NCBI RefSeq assembly: GCF_044704955.1
Contig: NC_091984.1
Span: 148,738,001-148,802,000, forward strand
From: Pristiophorus japonicus
Lineage: Eukaryota
Reading direction: 5' to 3'
Length of the DNA stretch: 64,000 nt
Positions 52,465-61,542 of this stretch are shown one piece after another (position 1 is the stretch's first letter; the number at the start of each line of letters is the position of its first letter). A program made the translations under genes and the position numbers. Under the pieces are notes generated by a model. It searched no databases and was not told the DNA's origin. It saw nothing but the letters and a program-made list of their open reading frames with translations.

Positions 52465-52860
52465 CACACTCAGTCTCTGGGCTCACACTGGGACAGTGAG
52501 TGCACTTGGGGAGCTCAGTCTCTGGGCTCACACTGGGACAGTGAGCCCACTTGGGGAGCTCAGTCTCTGGGCTCACACTGGGACAGTGAGCCCACTTGGG
52601 GAGCTCAGTCTCTGGGCTCACACTGGGACAGTGAGCCCACTTGGGGAGCTCAGTCTCTGGGCTCACACTGGGACAGTGAGCCCACTTGGGGAGCTCAGTC
52701 TCTGGGCTCACACTGGGACAGTGAGCCCATTTGGGGAGCTCAGTCTCTGCGCTCACACTGGGACAATGAGCCCACTTGGGGAGCTCAGTCTCTCAGCTCA
52801 CACTGGTACAGTGAGCTCAGTCTCTGGGCTCACACTGAGACAGTGAGCCCACTTGGGGAG
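52465..52860. repeat. 45-bp tandem array (~8.5 copies) in the J-C intron
   Basis: Unit CTCAGTCTCTGGGCTCACACTGGGACAGTGAGCCCACTTGGGGAG. Confidence 0.95.
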
Positions 52861-54951
52861 GGGAGCTGTGCCCCAGAGGTAGTGCCTTCAGGAGTGAGAT
52901 GGGGAGCAGATCATGGGCAGTCTGTGGTGCAGAGCCCGTTTACCCATAAGAATGTGGTAAGTGGATGGGGAAAGTGGGCCGGGCACTGAGGTAACGTCCT
53001 ATGTTGCTGGTGGAACTCCTGCTGTCTGCTCCGTCACGTGTGACAAACACGCAGACACATCAGACGGACATCTGGGATGGGGGGATTGTCCTATGGAGAG
53101 ATTGAATAGACTAGGCCTATATTCTCTAGTGTTTAGAAGAATGGGAGGGGATCTCATTGAAACATACACAATTCTGACAGGGCTTGACAGGGTAGATGCA
53201 GGGAGGATGTTTCCTCTGGCTGGGGAGTCTAGAACCAGGGGTCACAGTCTCAGAATAAGGGGTCGGCCATTTAGGACTGAGATGAGGAGAAACCTCTTCA
53301 CTCAGAGGGTGGTGAATCTCTGGAATTCTCTACCCCAGAGGGCTGTGGAGGCCCAGTCCTTGAGTATATTCCGGAGATCGATAGATTTTTGGATATGAAG
53401 GGAATCGAGGGATATGGGGACAGTGCAGGAAAGTGGAGTTGAGGTAGAAGATCAGCCATGATCTCATTGAATGGCGGAGCAGGCTCGAGGGGCCGAATGG
53501 CCTCCTCCTGCTCCTAATTCCCAAGTTCTTATGGAACATTAGTCCGTGTTCTGGGGATTTTCTGCTGGGTCCAGGTTTAATCAGCAGGGGAATTGTGCGA
53601 GTCCCAGTTCATAAAAAGAAAAGAGAAATTAAAGAAAGACCTGCATTTATATTGCGCCTTTCACACCTCAGGATGTCCCAAAGTGCTTCACAGCCAATGA
53701 AGTACATTTTTGAAGTGTAGTCACTGTTGTAATGTAGGAAACACGGCAACTAATTTGTGCACAGCAAGCTCCCACACACAGCAATGCGGTAATTGAGATT
53801 TTTAAGCGATGTAGGTTGCGGGATAAATATCGGCCTGAACTCGAGCCACAGAAACAGCAACTGAGAGTCTCTCCACAACCCTGGAGCACTGCAGCCGCCG
53901 GATTGCGAGCCCTGCTGCCCCTGTTTGTGATCAGAAGTTGGACAGGAGGTGAGCGGGGGCTGGACAGATCAGAGTTGGAGCTGGGGGAGGCGGGACCTCG
54001 GGAGTGTCAGTGTGCTGAGGCTGAGCTCAGTTATATCAGAGACTGTGACAGGAGCACAGACTGCCCCCAGCGAGCTCACTCACTCACACCCACACTCTGC
54101 CCGTGTCTCACACACCGTGTCTGTCACACTGAGACAGGCAGGAGGCTCGGGAGCGATTTCCGGGGATGGTGCAGGGATGGGACCGCAGTGTGCCAACATC
54201 CAGATCTCCTCCACACGGTGGGTAACAGTTCGTTACTTATACTTTGCTGGGTGAAGGGGGAGTGTGGGTAAAGGAATACAGCCAGGCTCCCTGTCATACA
54301 CAGCACTCTTCAATTAACCCTTTCATTCACCGCAGCTCCCCACCATATTATATAACCCATACACAGGCACTGGAGAGGGTGCAGAGAAGGTTTACAAGGA
54401 TGGGACCAGAAGTGCGAGGGTTTACATATCAGGAAAGGATGAACAAGCTGGGGCTCTTTTCTCTTGAGGCTGAGGAGTGACCTGATAGAGGTCTTTAACA
54501 TTTGGAAAGGTTTTGATAGAGTGGATACAGAGTGAGTGTTTCCACTTGTGGGGAAGAGCAGAACTGGAGGCCATCAATATAAGATAGTCAGCAAGAAATC
54601 CAATCGGGAATTCAGGAGAAAATTCTTTACCCAGCAAGTGGTGAGAATGTTGAACTGGCTACCACAGGGAGTGATTGAAGTGAATAGTATCGATGTATTT
54701 AAGGGGAGGCTAGACAGGGATATGAGGGAGAAGGGAATCGAGGGTTATGCTGATAGATTTAGATGAGGAAAGACGGGAGACTCGAGTGGAGCATAAACAC
54801 CGGCATGGACTAGTTGGGCCGAATGGCCTGTTTCTGGGCCGTATATCCGATGTATTCCTGTGTAAACTAAAATCTTCCACTATTCAGCATTTGTGTCTTC
54901 GAAAGATTCAGCATTTAAAGTGTTAATAACGGAGCATTGGGGTTTACTTAT

Positions 54952-54986
54952 TTAGTCTGAGCTTGGTTCCTTCACCGAACGTGAGC
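54952..54986 (-). pseudogene. IGKJ: Ig light-chain J segment with mutated splice donor
   Basis: LTFGEGTKLRL (FGxG motif). The phase-1 donor needed to join the C exon reads ATAAGT (54951-54946) instead of GTAAGT. Confidence 0.92.
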
Positions 54987-55025
54987 CACAGTGACAGCTT
55001 CCAATGCAGTGGCTGTACAATATCC
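54987..55025 (-). other. 23-bp-spacer RSS of J
   Basis: Read on the plus strand: CACAGTG (54987-54993) + 23 nt + ACAATATCC (55017-55025; 2 mismatches to ACAAAAACC). Confidence 0.9.
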
Positions 55026-55039
55026 TCTGTCCCTGGCTC

Positions 55040-55410
55040 ACTCAGTCTCTCTCCCCCTCTCTCTGTCTGTGTGTGTGTGCGTGTGTGTGTCTCACTCTGT
55101 GTCTCTTTCTCAGTGTTTCACTCACTGTTTCTCACACTCTCTCTCTCTCTCAGTCTCACTGACTCTGTTTCTCCCTCCCTCCCTCTCGCACTCTCTCTAT
55201 CTCCCTCACTATCCCTCCCTCCCTCTCACACTCTCCCTATCTCACTCACTCTCCCTCCCTCCCTCCCTCTCTGTCTATCCTTCCCTCTCCCTTACTCTCT
55301 CTCCCTCCCTCCCTCACTCACTCACTCAATCTCTCTCCCACTACAATCGCGCTCTCTCGCTCGCTCTCTCTCTCACTCCCTCCCTCCCTCCCCCCGTCTC
55401 TCTCTCTGTC
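55040..55410. repeat. CT/GT-rich low-complexity tract between V and J
   Basis: Polypyrimidine (CT, CCCT) runs. Confidence 0.9.
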
Positions 55411-55679
55411 CGAGTTGCCTGTGGCAGTGCCCGGGAGAGTTGGGGATCCGACGTGTTTGGGACAAATCTCCCAGCTGCCCTTCCCGCCCCATCAGACGGT
55501 AACCCTGGGGCCACGGAATTGCTGGAGAATGAAAGTCCCCGTCACACAGGGCTCACCTCTTTGTGCCCCTTGAATAACGGGCTCCGTCTGCAAGCGAGAT
55601 GTTTGTGTTGCTGACACAGGCCTTCCTCGGGGATCATTATAAAATAATGAGTTTCAGGGGCTTTAGAAACCTGTTTCCT

Positions 55680-56190
55680 CAGTGAGTGAACCGTGTGTAC
55701 GTGGCGTGTGAGAGGATGCAGTCCCTCTTCCACTATTTGAAGGGGCTGCTCCTCGATTTCTGGCTCCACTTCAGTCCCACGCTCCTGGGCCTGGTCACCC
55801 AGTGCGGAGGGAGTGGGCAGGTCAGAGGGCCTTACTGTGGGCCTGCTCCTGGGCCAAGCCACCCGGTGCGGGGGGAGCGGGCAGGTCGGAGGGCCTCCCC
55901 ATGGGCCTGCTCCTGGGTCTGGCCAAGATGGCCATCCACAGGTCCCAGTTGGACGGGGCCCATGGGGTGGTCGCACTGCCTGCCTGCCTCCCTTTGGGGG
56001 CTTTGTCCATTTCCAGGTGGCCCTGGAGATGGAGCCTAGGGTAGGCCTGAGGCCTTCTGTGATGGGAGGGCACCGCAGGGCCTGGAGTGTGGGGTGGGCA
56101 GGGAAAGAGCACGACCATTTCACTTGTTCACTTTCCTTTCATGTTTATGCTTTGGGTTTTATAATTTGTGGCCCTCTCAATAGTGGGGGG
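55680..56190 (+). mobile_element. Tx1-clade LINE ORF2 C-terminal fragment
   Basis: CERMQSLFHYLKGLLLDFWLHFSPTLL...GLLLGLAKMAIHRS resembles the Tx1 ORF2 C-terminus after the zinc knuckle. Confidence 0.65.
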
Positions 56191-56492
56191 TTTGTGAGAT
56201 TATTCGGATTGAGGACACAGGGACCACCCAGTGTCTCCGTGCTGTCTGAATGTACAGAGTAGAGCTGTGAGATTCTCAGTGATGAAGACACAGCCCCAAC
56301 TCCTCTCTGACCCACTCCATCCTTTCCCAATTCACTGCAGCTTCCAGCTGAATGTTCCTGCCGTCACTCCCATCGAGCTGTGTGTCAGTCATGTGTAAAA
56401 CCGTACAGGAGGTGGGGCTGTGTGTCCATTATTATATATTATATATAACTGGGGTGAGTCAGTATTGGAAGTGGCACTGTGTATATTCAGGA

Positions 56493-56520
56493 GGTTTTTG
56501 TACGGCTGTGTATCACAATG
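56493..56520 (-). other. 12-RSS of V2 with non-canonical heptamer
   Basis: CATTGTG + 12 nt + ACAAAAACC. Confidence 0.9.
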
Positions 56521-57055
56521 TAAAGGGGTGCTTTGACGTTGCTGACAGTAATAGTTTGCGACATCCTCGCTCTGCACGTTGCTGATGCTCAGGGTGAACG
56601 TGTTGTACTGGTAACTGCCGGTGAAGCGATCGGAGGTTCCAATGAAAAGAGTTGATCCCGAATAGATCAGCAGAGTAGGTTTCTGCCCGGCTTTCTGCTG
56701 GTACCATTGAACATAATTGCTAATGGATGCACTGGCGGTACAGGTGATGGTTGCAGTCTGTCCCTCACTCACTGACAGCACCGGGGGAGACTGGGTCATG
56801 ATGATGTCCCCACTGATACCTGAGGGGGAAATTGGGAAAGAAAGTGAAGTAAGCATTGTGACAGAAAGATGCTGTAAAATGAGAGATTGCTCGAGACACT
56901 GAGCTCTCCTCTAGTGTCAGCATTTGCCCTTCAATCACTGGTCAGTAAAGTTGAACAGCAATCGACAGCAGGGAGATATTAAACATGGAAGGAGAGAGAT
57001 TCGTACCTGTGACGCAGAATGCCAGAGGCCAGATCAGCTGGATGGGTGAAATCAT
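56521..57055 (-). CDS. IGKV: Ig kappa-type V segment 2 (leader 57055-57007, V exon 56819-56521), unrearranged, open frame
   Basis: [17 protein letters not shown] / [16 protein letters not shown]...[16 protein letters not shown]...[11 protein letters not shown]; GT/AG intact; TATA at ~57116-57123. Confidence 0.95.
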
Positions 57056-57734
57056 GGTGTCTGCTCCTGTCCCTGTGCCTGCTTACTGATAAACTGCCCT
57101 TCACTGGGCTCTGCTTTATAAACCTGCAGCCTGTGAGAGTCTCACTGCCCATCCCTCATTCTGTAAATGTCTTCATCAGAGAAAGCCACGTCAGCACATT
57201 TCACTTTCTCTTCCCCTCCCACCTTCTCCCCCTCTTTCTCTCTCCATTCCTCCATCTCTCTCCCCATCTCCTTTCTCCACAGACTCCCAGGTGCAGCACA
57301 CTGAAATGCAGAGTAAACCTCCCTGTGCCCTGCCCCACCAATGGATGTTAACCCTTGACCCCAGAGCATGCCTTCTACTGGAGTAAGGCCCCATTCCCCA
57401 CAGTGGCCATCCCTTGGCCTCTCTCAGTACACTGGCTGTTTATTGCCCAATTAAGGGCCGTTCTGTGCTGTGGGCCTATTCTCAGTGGGGAACGGTTTGG
57501 ACAGAAAGCTAATTTCATGAAGTCCCAGCAGAGGGAGGAGATCCTCATCCCATCAGTGTGAGCTGGAGCAACAGGACAGGGTCTGACCCACTGCCCCATC
57601 CTGTCCACTCAGAACATCTTCGAATCCCTTCCCCTTTCCTTCCCCTTCCATGGCCCCGCTTCGGGTCAGGGTGTTTTTACTGGGATCAGGTGCCGACGAT
57701 CCCACATTTACAACAGGAAAGGTCCACACTCCAT

Positions 57735-58078
57735 CTCCCACTGGTCCTCCAATAGAGCCCAGGAAACATGGCTCCTTTCTATTGGTCCCACAATAGGGCC
57801 CAGGAATTATGGCTCTTCCTATTAGTCCTCCACTAGGACCCAGGCAACATGGTGCCGTCCTATTGGTCCTCCAATAGGGACCATGAAACATGGCTTCTTC
57901 CTATTGGTCCTCCAATCGGGAGCATGAAACATGGCTACTTCCTATTGGTGCCCAATAGGGACAAGGAAACATTGTTCCTTCCTATTGGTCCTCCAATAGG
58001 GACCAGGAAACATGACTCTTTCCTATTGATCCTCCAGTCGGCACCAGGAAACATGTCTCCTTCCTATTTGTCCGATTG
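57735..58078. repeat. ~41-bp tandem array with internal palindrome
   Basis: About 8 copies of TTCCTATTGGTCCTCCAATAGGGACCAGGAAACATGGCTCC. Confidence 0.9.
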
Positions 58079-58959
58079 AACATAGAAAATAGGTGCAAGA
58101 AACGGCCATTCGGCTCTTTGAGCCTGCACCACCATTTAATAAGATCATGCTTGATCATTCACCTCAGTTCCCCTTTCCTGCTTTCTCTCCATACCTGTTG
58201 ATCCCTTTAGCCGTGAGGGCCATATCTAACTCCCTCTTGAATATATCCAATGAACTGGCATCAACAACTCTCTGCGGTCGAGAATTTCACAGGTTAACAA
58301 CTCTCTGAGTGAAGAAGTTTCTCCTCATCTCAGTCCTAAATGGCTTACCCCTTATCTTAGATTGTGACCCCTGGTTCTGGGCTCCCCCAAAATCGGGAAC
58401 ATTCTTCCTGCATCTAACCTGTCCAGTCCCATCAGAATTTTAAAAAAAGTTGATCTTGCTGCTCGCAGAGACCTCACTGATGTACTGCCCCTGACCTCAC
58501 TGTCCTCTGAGAGTCTGTGCTGAGGGTGAAGCGCCCTGTGCTCCGATATCCTGCTGGCAAGCGTCTTGACAACTTTAGCACCTTAAAGGCTCCCGATCAA
58601 TGCAGACTGTGTGTGGATTTCGGGTGAGGACAGTGCTGGACATAGTGGTGAGGCCTCCTGCAGTTGGATATCCTTCTGAGAGGGTCCAGGCTTACACACG
58701 TGGAAAGGGGAAGTGGGTGAGGTCGGAACATGCTGTCGGGGCCCATTGAACTGGACCCCAGCATGAAGCCTTCCTCAGGAGAGGAAGGGGAATGTTCAGA
58801 GCCCTGGGCTCCATTTCCCACAGCAGGCATTTCCTGTCCCACTGAATGAATGAGATGCCAATGTTGTGCCCAGGTTAAGGGCAGTCTAGTGCTGTGGGCC
58901 CAGGTCTGCAAGACGGAATTGGATAAATATTTGAAAAGGAACAATTTGCTGGGTTACCG

Positions 58960-61542
58960 GGGTTGGAACTTAACACAATCACAATCACTAAGGAGGTGGT
59001 ACTCAGTAAGATAATGGGACTAAAGGCAGATAAATCCCCTGGACTTAATGGCTTGCATCCTAGGGTCTTAAGAGAAGTAACATCTCGGCCTTTTGGCTAA
59101 GATCATGTGTAACTGACCTGACAGGGGAGTAACCACCATAACCCAAGGTGGTTCTCCCTGGATCAGGAAGGTATATGCTTGCTTTTTTGGAAATAGGAGG
59201 TGGGTGGGGTGGCTTGACCCATCCACCTCCATGGCACGAACCTGGTATTGCAGTACTTCCAGGAACGGTGCAGTGGCTCTAGGCCTTTTGGCTAAGAGCA
59301 TTGGCGCAGAGTGATCCTTGAATGGGCCCAAGGTGACCTCTGGCGTTTGTGAGTTGACAAAGAATTGGAACGATTGGCTACGAATTTCAAAAAAAAAAAC
59401 AGCAGGGATACTGGATGCATTGGTTGTAATTTACCAAAATTCCCTGGATTCTGGGGAGGTCCCAGCAGATTGGAAAACTGCAAATGTAATGCTGCTATTT
59501 AAAAAAGGAGGCAGACAAAAATCAGGAAACTATAGACCATTTAGCCTAACATCTGTGGTTGGGAAAATGTTGGAGTCCATTATTAAACAAGCAGTAGCAG
59601 AACATTGGGAAAAGCATAATTCAGTCAGGCAGAGTTAGCATGGATTTATGAAGGGGAAGTCAAGTTTGACAAATTTTCTGGAATTCTTTGAGGATGTAAC
59701 GAGCAGGGTGGATAAAGGGGAACTAGTGGATGTTGTGTATTTGGACTTCCAGAAGGCATTGACAAGGTGTCACATAAATGGTTACTGTACAAGGTAAAAT
59801 TCACAGTGTTGGGGGTAATATATTAGAATGGATAGAGGATTGGCTAACGAACAGAAAACAGAGAGTCGGGATTAATGGTTAATTCTCGTTTTGGCAATCA
59901 GTAACTAGTGGGGTGCTGCTGGATCTCCAACTATTTACAATCTATATTAACGACTTGGAAGAAGGAATCGAGTGTAACGTAGCTGAGTTTGCTGATGATA
60001 CAAAGATGGGAGGAAAAGCAATGTGTGAGGAGGACACAAAAAACCTCCAAAAAGGACATAGACAGGCGAAGTGAGTGGGCAAAAATTTGGCAGATGGAGT
60101 ATAATGTTGGAATGTGTGAGGTTATGCACATTGGCAGAAAAAATCGAAGAGCAAGTTATTAGTTAAATGGAGAAAAATTGCAAAGTGCTGCAGTACAGCG
60201 GGACCTGGGGGTCCTGGTGCATGAAACACAAAAGGTTAGTGTGCAGGTACAGCAAGTGATCAGGAAGGCCAATGGAACCTTGGCCTTTATTGCAAAGTGG
60301 GTGGAGTATAAAAGCAGGGAAGTCTTGCTACAGTTATGCAGGGTATTGATGAGGCCACACCTAGAATACTGCGTACAGTTTTGGTTTCCATATTTACGAA
60401 AGGATACACTTGCCTTGGAGGCCGTTCAGAGAAGGTTCATTTGGTTGATTCTGGGGATGAGGAAAGGTTGTGTAGATTGGGCCTCTACTCATTGGAATTC
60501 AGAAGATGAGAGATGATCTTATCGAAACAAGGTGGATACAAAGAGGATGTTTCCACTGATAGGGGAGACTAGATCTACAGGGCATAATATTAGAATAAGG
60601 TGCCCTCCATTTAAAACTGAGATGAGGTGGAATTTATTCTCTCGGGATCTCTAATCTCTAATTATTCTCTAATCTCTGGATTACTCCAGTGCCATGAGCC
60701 AGTGAGCACAGAAACAGGAGGATAGAGCAGACGAATACATGCCTGGAGAGATGGTGCAGGCAGGAGGGCTTTAGTTTCCTGAGGTATTGGGACCATTTCA
60801 GGGGGAGGTGGAACCTGGACAAGCCGGACGGGTTGCACCTCAACAGAGCCGGGACCAATATCATCGCGGCGGGGAGGGTTTGTTTGTGCTGTTGGGGAGG
60901 CTTTAAACTAGCTGGGCAGGGGGCTGGGAACCTGAAAATAGATTCAGTAGGGAGGGGAGTAAAGCTGGAATTAGAAAGCAAAAATAAAGTGAGTTTGAAG
61001 GAGAGAGGAAACGAGCGGAAAAAAGGTTAAAAAACAAATTTAAAGGCTCTTTGTCTAAATGTATGTAGCATTCGTAACAAAATAGATGAGTTGACGGCAC
61101 AAATAGATACAAATGGGTATGATCTGTAGCCATTACAGAGACATGGTTGCAAAGTGACCAGGACTGGGAACTAAATATTCAGGGGTACTTGACAATCTGG
61201 AAGGACAGACAGAAATGAAAAGGAGGTGGGGTAGCTCTGTTGATAAAGGATGGAATCACTGCAATAGTGAGAAATTATATTGGCTCAAATGATCAGGATG
61301 TTGAAACAGTTTGTGTGGAGATACAGAATAATAAAGGGAAAAAGCCACTGGTGGGTGTAGTCTATAGGCTCCCGAACAGTAGCACCTCTGCTGGTCGGAG
61401 AATAAACCAGGAAATAGTGGAGGCTTGTGAAAAGGGAACAGCAATAATCATGGGTGATTTTAACCTCCACATTGATTGGACAAATCAAATTGGTCAGGGT
61501 AGCGTTGACGAAGAGTTCAAAGAGTGCATAAGGAACGGGTTC
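58960..61542 (+). mobile_element. Degenerate CR1 pieces (RT/3' part 58960-60650; ORF1 end + endonuclease 60670-61542)
   Basis: DKSPG..GLHPRVLREV, NYRPFSLTS, RPHLEYC; DGLHLNRAG, ITETWL, MGDFN. A minus-strand CR1 3' piece lies at 58080-58440. Confidence 0.88.
59083..59399 (+). mobile_element. Poly(A)-tailed chimeric U2/U1 snRNA-derived retroposon (SINEU-like)
   Basis: 59083-59105 equals U2 nt 7-29 exactly. 59112-59167 is U1 5' end/SL-I-like. 59183-59272 is the U2 Sm-like U-tract, SL-III and SL-IV. 59276-59300 is a second U2 SL-I. A11 tail; interrupts a CR1 RT. Confidence 0.85.

Noticed and set aside
54963-55614. Long ORFs of 179 and 207 aa
   Set aside because: Products of the CT-rich simple repeat (Ser/Leu/Pro runs).
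56455-56481. Perfect CACAGTG downstream of V2 as a rescue RSS
   Set aside because: No nonamer at 12- or 23-nt spacing, and it is ~40 nt from the coding end.
59083-59272. Functional U2 snRNA gene
   Set aside because: Lacks U2 nt 1-6, the full branch-point-pairing sequence and SL-II, has no snRNA promoter context, carries a poly(A) tail and sits inside a CR1.
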